From: Pirellulales bacterium
GTDB lineage: Bacteria; Planctomycetota; Planctomycetia; Pirellulales; PALSA-1355
Assembly: GCA_963733035.1 (NCBI GenBank)
Contig: CAVTBU010000005.1
Coordinates: forward strand, 1,856,001-1,920,000
DNA: 64,000 nt
Direction of reading: 5' to 3'
A program made the position numbers and the translations under genes. Shown here piece after piece: positions 11,726 to 21,808 of this stretch. The notes beneath the pieces are model-generated. The model did no database searches. It was not told the origin of the DNA and was given only the letters and a program-made list of their open reading frames with translations. Every line of letters begins with the position of its first letter. Position 1 is the stretch's first letter.

Positions 11726-12997
11726 TCAGTCGGCCGCCAGCACCATGGCCACCGACTGGCCCATCAGCGTTTGGTTCAGCACCATCGCCGTCTTACGCTT
11801 CGTGGCGAGTGCTTCGTGATGCACCACGTTCACGGGGCAAGAAGGATCCGGGCGTTCGAAATTCAACGTGCGGGGAACACTTCCGGTTTCAAATGCCACG
11901 AGCGTGCCCAAAAGTTCCACCGAACCCGAACCTGCTCCCAGGTTGCCGAAATAGCTTTTCAGCGCGGTGACGGGTACATCGCCAAGTGTGTCGCGAATCG
12001 CCTGCGCTTCGGCCTGGTCGTGTATTTGTGTGCTCAGCCCATGAGCATTCACATGGCCGACGTCGGCGGGCTCGAGTTCTGCTTCAACTAGCGACTTGCG
12101 GATGGCCGAACGAATTGCCTGGCCGGGAAACGTGTGGCCAGGCGTGCAGGCCTCGAACGTGCTGGCGAATCCCAAGATTCGCGCGATGATCCGAGCGCCG
12201 CGGGCCTCGGCAGAACGGCGAGACTCGAGAACGAAAGCTGCGGCGCCCTCGCCATAAACCATGCCGTCACGACCGGCATCGAAGGGACGCGAAACGACCT
12301 GTGGATCCTCCGTACGAGGCGAACAGAGCTGGATATTATCGCGAAAGGCCCAGGTCATCGGATGAATCCGCGAACCGGTGCCGCCGACGATCATCACATC
12401 GGCCGCGCCGCGCTGAATGACACGCATCCCCTCGGCGATAGCCAGCAAACTGGAGGCCTCGGACAGCACGATCGTGTTGTTCGGTCCTCGCGCGTCCTGT
12501 GCGATGGCCACATGACAGGCCGGCATATTCGGCAAGTACTTGAGCATCCACAATGGGAACATCTCGCCCATGGCACGCTCGTCCCACTGGGCATAGTCGA
12601 ATTTGCCTTCATTGACGCACGGGCGAAACGCGTCGACAAGCTCGTTTGGTTCGAGCTGCATCATGTCGGCGCCAAATACCACACCGAAGCGCTCCGGATC
12701 GACGCCGGCGCCGGCCAGATCCGCCTGGGCGATGGCCATTTGAGCCGAGGCAAAGGCAAGCTGGATGCTCCGCGACATGACCTTCAGATTCTTTCTGACG
12801 GCCACGTGTTTTTTGGGGTCAAACCCGACGACCTCGGCACCGACCCGAACGGGAAATTCTGGCGAGTCAAACACTTGCAATCGCCGCACACCGCTGGTGC
12901 CTTCCGCCAGCGCAGCGGCGAACGCCTCGTAGCCGATCCCAATCGGGCTGGCGGCTCCGGCACCGGTGATCACGATTTCCGACGCGGCGTCGATCAT
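11726..12997 (-). CDS. Beta-ketoacyl-ACP synthase (FabF-fold) homolog lacking the catalytic Cys and second His
   Basis: IVITGAG, SRPFDAGRDGMVYGEGAA, VNAHGLST; SEASS at the usual ACAS site and KSYFGNLG at the usual KSxxGHxx site. Confidence 0.85.
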   Translation of the reverse strand: MIDAASEIVITGAGAASPIGIGYEAFAAALAEGTSGVRRLQVFDSPEFPVRVGAEVVGFDPKKHVAVRKNLKVMSRSIQLAFASAQMAIAQADLAGAGVDPERFGVVFGADMMQLEPNELVDAFRPCVNEGKFDYAQWDERAMGEMFPLWMLKYLPNMPACHVAIAQDARGPNNTIVLSEASSLLAIAEGMRVIQRGAADVMIVGGTGSRIHPMTWAFRDNIQLCSPRTEDPQVVSRPFDAGRDGMVYGEGAAAFVLESRRSAEARGARIIARILGFASTFEACTPGHTFPGQAIRSAIRKSLVEAELEPADVGHVNAHGLSTQIHDQAEAQAIRDTLGDVPVTALKSYFGNLGAGSGSVELLGTLVAFETGSVPRTLNFERPDPSCPVNVVHHEALATKRKTAMVLNQTLMGQSVAMVLAAD

Positions 12998-13448
12998 CGT
13001 AGCGGCTTTGTCACGATTGGAACGGTTTTGGCAATGGTCTTCCGAGTGGCGGACAGGTCGAGCGACGCTGTGGCCTGCACGGCATGGTCTCGCTCTTCAG
13101 CGAACGGCAATCTGTAAGCGGCATTTATGCCGAAGGTTACGAGAAATTCATCGTATCCGGACACGATTTGACGAACAAGCTGCGCAGTTAGGTTCGGCCA
13201 TCGGCATTGCCCAGGTTGACTAAATTGACTTTGAATTTGGTTGCTGAACGACCGATAGGTGATTAAGAGGTGGGAAAGCAGCCGATTTCGCTGCCTTCTC
13301 GCTCGCGTGATTGCATCATGGATGTCCCCCTTGGATCGATGCCAAGTCGGTCCCTTCCGCTCGGCTAGGACGTCCCGGCGGTGGTGCGGTCGCTCTAAAG
13401 GTTTTTCCAGGCTACGTTTCCGATTCCAATGCCGAAAGGTCTCGTCGG

Positions 13449-14549
13449 ATGATCCAGCATACCGACACGCCAGCGTTTTCGCTCGCCCAAGCTCGCCATA
13501 TTGTCAAAGACTTATTTGCCCCCCGCCCGGTGATTTACTGGGCCGACTTTCTCGGCTCGGCGTTGGGTGGCATGCTTTGCTTTACGCTCGTGCGACGACG
13601 GCTCGAGCCGTTCTCGCTCGAGCAGGGCATCGTGTTCGTGATTTGCTGCCTGCTATTCTACCGGGCGGTGCTATTCACGCACGAACTGACGCATCTGCGA
13701 TCGGGCTCGTTTCGGGCATTTCGGATTGCTTGGAACCTGCTGTGCGGCATTCCGTTGTTGCTGCCAAGCTTTACGTACTACACCCATGTCGAACACCACA
13801 TGCGGAAACATTTTGGCACTGAGCGCGACGGCGAATATATGCCGCTGGCAACGACCGGACCATGGCATATCGTGCTGTATCTTTGCCAGCCGTTTGTGTT
13901 GCCGATCATTGCCGTCGTGCGATTCATGTTCCTTGCACCGATTGGCTGGTTGGTTCCCAGCTTCCGCGCAGTTCTGCATCGCCACGCATCGTCGATGGTG
14001 ATGGATCCGACTTATATCCGCCCGTTGCCGGCCAAGAAGACGTTGCGCATCTTTCGCCTGCAGGAAGTGCTGTGCTGCTTGTGGTGCTGGTCGCTGGCCA
14101 CGCTGATGGCCAACGGCGTGGTACCGCTGGGCTTTCTGCCGACCGCCTACGCCGTGAGCGTAACGATTCTGTTCTTGAATGCCCTGCGGACGCTCGGCGC
14201 CCATCGCTACACGAACGACAATGGCCAGGTGACGTTCATCGAGCAGATGCTCGACTCGATCAACTATCCGAACCGGCCATTCCTGTCAGCCCTGTGGGCG
14301 CCGGTGGGTCTGCGATTCCATGCGCTGCATCACCTTTTTCCATCGCTGCCCTATCACAACCTGGCCAAGGCGCATGCCAGGCTGATGGCCGAGCTGCCGG
14401 CCGATTCGCCATACCGCTTGACCGAATGCCCGAGCCTGACGACGGCGCTGCGGGAACTATGGCAGAACGCTCGCAAGAGCGCCCGGCGCAGCCACACGTA
14501 TCGACCCAACGGCGTCGCTGCCCCTCAGCGTCTGACGAGCGCCCGGTAA
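13449..14549 (+). CDS. Membrane fatty acid desaturase
   Basis: Three His boxes (HELTH, HVEHH, FHALHH) with intervening TM helices; ATG at 13449. Confidence 0.88.
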   Translation: MIQHTDTPAFSLAQARHIVKDLFAPRPVIYWADFLGSALGGMLCFTLVRRRLEPFSLEQGIVFVICCLLFYRAVLFTHELTHLRSGSFRAFRIAWNLLCGIPLLLPSFTYYTHVEHHMRKHFGTERDGEYMPLATTGPWHIVLYLCQPFVLPIIAVVRFMFLAPIGWLVPSFRAVLHRHASSMVMDPTYIRPLPAKKTLRIFRLQEVLCCLWCWSLATLMANGVVPLGFLPTAYAVSVTILFLNALRTLGAHRYTNDNGQVTFIEQMLDSINYPNRPFLSALWAPVGLRFHALHHLFPSLPYHNLAKAHARLMAELPADSPYRLTECPSLTTALRELWQNARKSARRSHTYRPNGVAAPQRLTSAR

Positions 14550-14615
14550 GCCACCGGCGCACTATCAACTCGCGATTGAAACAACCGCCGGCATGTTCCG
14601 CCGGAATTCGCCGCT

Positions 14616-16390
14616 CTATTCCTTGATCAATTCCTTCACCGTCATGCCGGCGGGAATCATCGGCAGCACGTGCTCCTGGTAGGGCACTTCGACGTCGAGC
14701 ACGAAGGGGCCGGGGTAGTTGATCATTTCCTGCAGCGCGTCGACCAGCTCCGACTTGTCCTTAACATAGCGGGCGCCGGCGCCGTATCCCTTGGCAATGG
14801 TGACAAAGTCCGGATAGCGCCCGGCTGGCTTGTCGGCCGTGCCCTGGCCGACGGCTTCGGGATTGTCGATCGGTCCCAAGTAGGTATGCGCCCGGTTGCC
14901 TTCGTGAAAACGGTCTTCCCACTGCACCACCATGCCCAGGTGCTGGTTGTTGAGCAGCAGCACTTTGACCGGGATCTTTTCGCAGAAGCAGGTGGCCAGC
15001 TCCTGAATGTTCATTTGGAAGCTGCCGTCGCCGTCGATGTCGACCACCAGCTTGTCGGGATGCGCCACCTTGCGCCTACCGCCGCCGGCAGACCAAAACC
15101 CATCGTGCCCAGGCCCGAGCTCGAACACCAGGTGCGCGGCTCGCGCAGGCGATAATGCTGGGCCGCCCACATCTGATGCTGGCCCACGCCCACGGTGACG
15201 ATCGTGTCCTGATCTTTGGTCAGTTCCCACAGTTTGTGGATCGCGTACTGCGAGGTGATCGGGCCTTCGTTGCTGCCAAATTTGAACGGATCGCTCTTCT
15301 TCCAAGCCGCAATCTGCTTGTGCCAGGCGCTCAAGTCTTCGGGCGCTTCGACGATTTTGTTCAGTTCGGCCAGCGCGTACTTAATATCGCTGACGATCGG
15401 AATGTGCGCTTCCTTGTTCTTGTTCAGTTCCGACGGGTCGACGTCGATGTGCACAATCTTGCCGTGCTTGGCAAACTCCGAAACCTTGCCCGTCACGCGA
15501 TCGTCGAACCGCACGCCGAAGGCCAGCAGCAGGTCGGACTGATCGACGGCATAGTTGGCATACACGCTGCCGTGCATGCCCAGCATGTCGAGCGAGAGCG
15601 GATCGTCGCCGGGATACGCCCCCAGGCCCATCAGCGTCATGGTGACCGGAATCTTGGTCTTTCGCGCCAGCTCGCGCAGTTCGCTACTGGCATCGCCCAT
15701 GACGACGCCGCCGCCGGCATAAATCACGGGGCGCTTCGAACGCTTAATGGCCGCCGCAACCTGGGCAATCTGCTCTTGCGGTGCCTTGCGCTCCTCGACG
15801 TGATAGCCCGGCAGGTTCATGGGAGCGTCGTAGTCGGGTGCGATCTGCGCTTGCTGCACGTCCTTGGGCACGTCGATCAGCACGGGTCCGGGCCGGCCAC
15901 TGGTGGCGATGTGAAAGGCCTCGCGCATGATCCGCGCCAGATCGTTGACGTCGGTGATCAGATAATGGTGCTTGGTGATGCCGCGACAGACTTCGACGAT
16001 CGGCGTTTCCTGGAAGGCATCGGTGCCGATGACGGCCGTCTTCACCTGGCCGGTGATGGCAATGAGCGGAATACTGTCGAGCTTCGCGTCGGCAATGCAG
16101 GTCACCAGGTTCGTGGCCCCGGGGCCGCTGGTGGCCATGCACACGCCCGGCTTGCCCGTGGTGCGGGCGTAACCCTGGGCGGCAAACCCGCCCCCCTGCT
16201 CATGGCGCGGCAAGATGGTGCGAATGCGGTCCTTGTAGGCGGTGAGCGACTGGTGCAGCGGCATGCTGGCGCCGCCGGGATAGGCGAAGACGACCTCGAC
16301 GCCATGCCGAACCAGCGATTCGACAAGGATATCGGCGCCCGATTGCAAAGCCACGGTGGCACGTTTCGAGGTCGTAGTAGCCACGATCAA
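14616..16390 (-). CDS. ilvB: Acetolactate synthase large subunit; 1-nt frameshift near 15072 (probable sequence error)
   Basis: [47 protein letters not shown], then the ThDP motif [14 protein letters not shown]...NN in the second frame. Confidence 0.96.
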
Positions 16391-16457
16391 TCACTCCCAC
16401 AAGAATCCCAAACGAACGCCCAACTAGCTAACGAAAACCATTTTGGGCAAACAAATT

Positions 16458-16486
16458 AGCATACCTCGCTCCCGCCCGAGAGACAA
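16458..16486 (-). promoter_or_regulatory. Putative sigma70 promoter of ilvB
   Basis: Minus strand TTGTCT-N17-TATGCT about 70 nt upstream of the start. Confidence 0.45.
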
Positions 16487-17072
16487 GCAAAAGCGGTCCG
16501 CCGGTAGCGATTGTCCGGCACGTGCCCAGCGCTGCTTTGAGCTCTGACGCGACAGGGGGAGCTTCGGTTCGCGGCCGCGGGGGAGCAAACGCGATTGGAC
16601 CGTGCCGCACAGGCGAGTATGCGGCAGCGGCTGGCCCAGTTTCAAGCGTGCAATCGGGCGCGACACTTCCGCGGCGTCGCGACTCCTGTCCGCGTCGATC
16701 GGCGGGCGGCAAGCCGACAAATTGGTTGGCGGCGCGGCTCGATTCGGAATTCGGAAAGTTTTCGAGTGGCCCGATTTTCGAGCGTTTGGTTGCGCGCAAC
16801 TTTTCATTCCTAAGGGAGCCTGAAAAACCGATCAATTCGCCTCCCCATTTCGCGCATTTGTCCTTGTTTGACCACCGGAAAAATCTCCCAGGCCCCAGTT
16901 CAGAATGTCCCGAGCCTAGGCTAGCGGAAGTGGCGGCCCGGTTTCAATGAGTTGTCGGAATGGTGGGCGTAAATCGGTGCGCAAGGTGCGAAGACGAAGG
17001 GGTGTGGTCTGACGAAGGACGAACCGCGGATGGACACGGCCGGACGCGGATAGTCGGCAAGGGCGCGTCAAA

Positions 17073-17095
17073 GTAGCAGGCTCACGCCGTGAGCC
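17073..17095 (+). repeat. Solitary GTAG-led REP-like hairpin
   Basis: GTAG-CA-GGCTCAC-GCC-GTGAGCC: perfect 7-bp stem with 3-nt loop, in intergenic DNA. Confidence 0.4.
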
Positions 17096-17466
17096 GTAGC
17101 AGGGGTGGGGGGATTGTTGGGAGGCAGCTGGCGCGAACGTGCCGCAGGCGTTCCGATTGACAGTGGCAATTCGATCCTTGCGCCAGCGTGGTTCGTGAGC
17201 GCGGGTTGGCTGCGCAGGACATAGTGTAGACCTCTTGTGCCTCCGGCACGTGCGACATTTCTGTCGCGGCCGCGCTCGGGTTATGATGCCCCCCAAAAAA
17301 GAGGTTCGCTAGATAGTCTCCCCCTTTCACATCAGTTTCGTGCAACTCGCCTGTCGGCCTCTTACTTTTGGTGTGCTTCCAAGAAGCTGCTTACTAGCTG
17401 ACTACGCATAAACTACATTCCATGCTTGGACGGCTTGGCGTAATCGAAACGCGGACGGAGCATTGC

Positions 17467-20400
17467 ATGACACGCCTTACACGAAATGATCTCATCAATT
17501 GGGCAGCTACAAAAGCGTCAGAGGGACAATTGCCAGAACTAATTCGTCGGCTCATCCTGGCATCCAATCCATCGGTTGAAACAATCGTCATGCCTTATGG
17601 AGACTCAGTCGGGCGCTCAGGGCTTGACGGTTATGTCTACGCCAGGAGTGGTTCTACGTATGTCCACGATGGTGCCTCGGTTTGGGAATTCGGGACGAAT
17701 AAGGGGCACGTCACCAAAGCCAATGAAGACTTCAAGAAGAGGACAAATGGAACAGCGGATTATCGACAAAAGGAATTGACGTATTACTGTGTCACACCAA
17801 GGCATTGGGAGAAGAAAGCTGATTGGGTGTCCGATCCGGGACCGGCCAACGACAAGATTGTCGGTCACTGGAAGGCAGTCCGCGTCTTCGACGTCGATGA
17901 CATTCTCGGTTGGTTATCAGATTGCCCGGCCGTCGAGGCTTGGTTTTCTCGGAGGCTTGGAAAAGCAACGGCAGGCTTCCGAGATGTCGAAGGATATTGG
18001 AAGAATGTTGCGACAACGCGTTCAGACGTCATCAAGCCAGGAGCTCTCCTCGCTGGCCGTGAAGAGTTGACGAAGAAGATTCAAATACACATTGCGGGTG
18101 AAGATGAGAATCGTGGCCCGTTGGCAATACTCTGTCGATCTCCGGCGGAAGTCGTACCGTTCGCGGTCGCCTCCGTAGTGGAATCTGGCCACGAAGTCGC
18201 GATTGCACGCACAGTCGTAGTCGAGTCACGCGCTCGGTGGGAACAACTTATTGTTGAAGAATCCGGCTTGGGACTGATCGTTGCTCCACAAGTGCAGCCG
18301 AGTCGCGAAGAACTACAGCAGGCAGCGAGCCAAAATCATCGAGTCATTTACTGCTCCACCGTCGGGCACATGGAGCTGCCACGTCTGACTGAGTTCGAGG
18401 TGCGCCAAGCTCTGACTTCGTCGGGCATTGGCGAAGCAGAGGCAACTCAACACGCAATACAGTGCGGTGGAAATGGGCAACTCCTTCTGGATCGGTTGTC
18501 CGGGCTTCACGCATCGGCAAGAACGATCGGGTCCAGTCTCGATGACCGAGTAAAGGCAACTTGCCTGCTGTTGGTCGGCTGGGATGGCAACCATCCCGCC
18601 GATCGTGAAATATTCTCGATCCTTTCAGGCTTGCCATACGAACAACTTGAGACTTCGCTCATTTCTGATTCGAACGACCCTGATGGACTTCTATTTCGAG
18701 CCGATGGAAAGTTCAGACTTCTTTCGCCCGAACTTGCTTGGATTCGTTACGCGTCGCTCATCACAAAGTCCGTGATCAATGAATTTGGGGATGTTGTGCG
18801 GTACCTGCTCGCGGATGACGATCCAACTGCTGGTATGCCGGGCGAAAAGCGGCTTACGGCTCAGTTTCTCGGCAAACATCCAGAGTTTTCTGGAACCTTA
18901 CGACGAAACGTGGTGCATTCACTGGCAATCGCTGCATCGATCGGTGCCACACGATTAAATCTCGACGCTTCCATGAGTCCGTTGTTTGTGGACTGGATTG
19001 TGCGATCGACTCTGAAGGACGCGCGCTTTAGTCGCTGGGCGTCGTTTCGCGGCGAATTGTCAATTCTGGCCGAAGCCGCGCCAGATGCTTTGCTGGACGC
19101 TCTTGAACGCGATCTCCACCCGGACGGACCGCTTGCGGAGGTAATGGAAAGAACTGAGACTGGTCTCTTCTGCTCGCCTGCACACACCGGCATTCTCTGG
19201 GCGCTCGAAAGACTTTGTTGGTCCCCGCAGCATCTGGAACGAGCCATCTGTGTTTTGTTGCGGCTGGCCAGACTAAATCCTGAAATCAAATCGGGTAACA
19301 ATCCTTCAAACTCGATTCGCGAGACTCTGCAGCTTTACTGCCCGCAGACAAATGCGGACTGGTCAACGCGAGAGGCAGCGATCGCTCGTATGCTGAAAGA
19401 AGATGCAGGAACGGCCTTCAGACTGGTTATCTCGCTCTTTCCTTCGGCGCACTCAAGTTGGATGTGCCGTGAATTACCAACGTGGCGAGACTGGGCTCAC
19501 GGATATGAGCCGGGCAGGACAAATCGTCAAATCGCGATCGAACGTCGATGGTGTATCGAGCAACTTCTAGCGGTTGCTGCTGACGATGCCGAGCGATGGT
19601 GCGCTCTCATTGAACTTTGTGGGGACATCGCCGACGATCAGTTTAGTGCAGTCCTTGAGAGCTATGAGTCGACGCTGGCTAGCGGAGTATTTGAGCAGGA
19701 GGACAAACGCCTCCTTTGGGAAACAATCAACGCCATGTTGGTCGATGCGGAGTGGGCATCAGCCCAACGGCGATTGAAAAATGGTAAAGTTGTTGATGCG
19801 CACGAACTTGAAGATACGACTGTTGAGTCTGAACCACATTTTCCCGGAGAAGTTGAACGCTACGAGAGGTACGGACCACGGTTGCGACAACTGCTCGAAG
19901 CTTCAATTCCGGAGGATCCAGTTCTTGCCGGATGCCATGCATTTTTGTATGCGGCTTCCCCGAACCACTGCACACGGCACTTCTCAGATCGCTTCAATTA
20001 TGAGAGCCAGCAAAAACGTATTCGTGAATCGCAAAAGTCCATTGTCTTAGGAGTTTGGCGTGCCGAAGGCCTGGACGGTTTACGCCGCTTGGCAGCGATT
20101 GACCACGTCGCTGCGGACGTAGTTGGTGGAACAGTGGCGCTTACTGAAGAGGTGGCTATTGAATTTGCTGAGATCCTGCCGCTCATTTCGTCAACGACGA
20201 AGTCAGATCGATTGCTAGCGCGCGGATTTGTCTCTGCTTGGGCGTGGCAGCGCAAAGATTCCCTTTCGACACACGTACTCCCTCATTTAGCGACGATGAC
20301 CTCGGATGAGATGATTGCGTCATACCTAAGTTGCCTCCCTACCGTACCGGAAGTCTGGGATTGCATTGATCGGCAAATCGAATCCGTCCAGCGACTCTAC

Positions 20401-21339
20401 TGGAAAACTGCACCAGCACCTTGGGAGATCCCAGCGGGGAGGCTTTCGTACTTTGTCAGAAATCTGATTAAAGTCGCCCGCGCGGATCGAGCCGTCGACC
20501 TATTGACCTATCGACATAAGGAAATCGTCGGCGACGAAGTTGATTTAGTTTTTGAAGTGCTAGAAGCGTTGCCCCATGTCGAGCGAGATCCAGACGAGCA
20601 GCACCAAGACAGTCTCAGGTGGGAGATACAGGAACTCTTCGAAGTGCTCTACAAGGTTGGAATGTCTCAAGTCGAACGGCTTGTTTGGCTGGAACTCCTT
20701 TATCACCGTGTGTTCGACAACGATAGTCGAAAGATTCAGCCCAGAGGATTGCTAGTTGCGATTAGGGATACGCCGTCCCTTTTCGTCGATTTGCTCAGAT
20801 ATCGCTACAAAGACGACAATGGCGCATCGACCACGTCGGATAACGAGCAGACTAACGCTCTGGCGAAGCAGGTATGTGGACTGCTTCACCGACTTGCAGA
20901 ACTGCCGGGACAATCCGAATTGTGTCCAATGAGTGACGGAACGATTGCTGACTGGGTTGCTGACGTGGTCCAAATCGCTTCTGAAAGGCGATATTTGACC
21001 GCAGTTGGACTTCTGTTGTCGGACATCATGACAAGTGGAGCATGGGGCGCGATCGAAACATGGCCCACGACCGATATGGCCAAAGCGATTAACATTCTAG
21101 CCGACACAATCCCAGAGATTTTCCCACCACACCTCACGGTCAGCCTCTCGAACGCTCGCGGCGTCCACAGCATTGATCCGTCCGGACACTCAGAAAATAG
21201 CCAAGCCGAGAGGCTCCGAAATCGAGCAGATCAACTTCGACAAACCTGCCCGGCCGCATCACGGGCCCTGCGCGACGTCGCCCAAGGCCTTGATTCCGAG
21301 GCAAAAAGAAATGTAGAGCAGGCAAAGTGGGAGCGATAG
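17467..21339 (+). CDS. Large (~1290 aa) hypothetical protein; restriction-endonuclease-like N-terminus, degenerate NTPase-like region, helical C-terminus; candidate defence protein
   Basis: Uninterrupted 3.9-kb ORF with GGAG 6 nt before the ATG; N-terminal LPELIRRLI...GLDG...WEFG...KANEDFKKRT; visibly lower GC and different codon usage than neighbours. Confidence 0.7.
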   Translation: MTRLTRNDLINWAATKASEGQLPELIRRLILASNPSVETIVMPYGDSVGRSGLDGYVYARSGSTYVHDGASVWEFGTNKGHVTKANEDFKKRTNGTADYRQKELTYYCVTPRHWEKKADWVSDPGPANDKIVGHWKAVRVFDVDDILGWLSDCPAVEAWFSRRLGKATAGFRDVEGYWKNVATTRSDVIKPGALLAGREELTKKIQIHIAGEDENRGPLAILCRSPAEVVPFAVASVVESGHEVAIARTVVVESRARWEQLIVEESGLGLIVAPQVQPSREELQQAASQNHRVIYCSTVGHMELPRLTEFEVRQALTSSGIGEAEATQHAIQCGGNGQLLLDRLSGLHASARTIGSSLDDRVKATCLLLVGWDGNHPADREIFSILSGLPYEQLETSLISDSNDPDGLLFRADGKFRLLSPELAWIRYASLITKSVINEFGDVVRYLLADDDPTAGMPGEKRLTAQFLGKHPEFSGTLRRNVVHSLAIAASIGATRLNLDASMSPLFVDWIVRSTLKDARFSRWASFRGELSILAEAAPDALLDALERDLHPDGPLAEVMERTETGLFCSPAHTGILWALERLCWSPQHLERAICVLLRLARLNPEIKSGNNPSNSIRETLQLYCPQTNADWSTREAAIARMLKEDAGTAFRLVISLFPSAHSSWMCRELPTWRDWAHGYEPGRTNRQIAIERRWCIEQLLAVAADDAERWCALIELCGDIADDQFSAVLESYESTLASGVFEQEDKRLLWETINAMLVDAEWASAQRRLKNGKVVDAHELEDTTVESEPHFPGEVERYERYGPRLRQLLEASIPEDPVLAGCHAFLYAASPNHCTRHFSDRFNYESQQKRIRESQKSIVLGVWRAEGLDGLRRLAAIDHVAADVVGGTVALTEEVAIEFAEILPLISSTTKSDRLLARGFVSAWAWQRKDSLSTHVLPHLATMTSDEMIASYLSCLPTVPEVWDCIDRQIESVQRLYWKTAPAPWEIPAGRLSYFVRNLIKVARADRAVDLLTYRHKEIVGDEVDLVFEVLEALPHVERDPDEQHQDSLRWEIQELFEVLYKVGMSQVERLVWLELLYHRVFDNDSRKIQPRGLLVAIRDTPSLFVDLLRYRYKDDNGASTTSDNEQTNALAKQVCGLLHRLAELPGQSELCPMSDGTIADWVADVVQIASERRYLTAVGLLLSDIMTSGAWGAIETWPTTDMAKAINILADTIPEIFPPHLTVSLSNARGVHSIDPSGHSENSQAERLRNRADQLRQTCPAASRALRDVAQGLDSEAKRNVEQAKWER

Positions 21340-21808
21340 ATCAAACGGCCCGATGCACTGAGCCACGGTACTTAACGATCCCCTATCGCACGTCGGCGAC
21401 CTCTAGCGATTGAAACACCGAATCTGTTTTCCGTGCTTCGGTCCGACACCCCGAGGCGCCAACGACACGGTGGCGGGGCGCATAACGATTGCGGAGGAAT
21501 TCAGGCCTGTTCCGCACGGCGCGAGACTTGAGTTGCGGGGGTTGAGTTCCCAATAGACAGCCAAGGGCCGAGGACTTCGGGCGTCGCCGCGTATCACATC
21601 GATTTCACGACAATCATCGCTGCCCGATGTCCACTTGTCACTTCGGTTGATGTGACGTTGAGGCGACCGAGGCGCGCTAGTGTCGCCGAAGTGTGGAGCC
21701 GACGGGCGTCCCGGGTAACGGTCGTTTGATGACGCTTCTTATGTGAGACGGCTTTCCGCGCCTTCGGTACGAATTACTAACCGGCGGGGGCCGTTCATCG
21801 CACGCCAT

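Noticed and set aside
16391..16950. Possible ilvB attenuator or leader peptide
   Set aside because: No Ile/Leu/Val-rich short ORF or terminator hairpin found; the candidate promoter is only ~70 nt from the start
21340..21808. Possible partner gene or ncRNA downstream of the large ORF
   Set aside because: Only a 64-aa motif-free ORF; no recognisable structure, tRNA or att-like direct repeat seen
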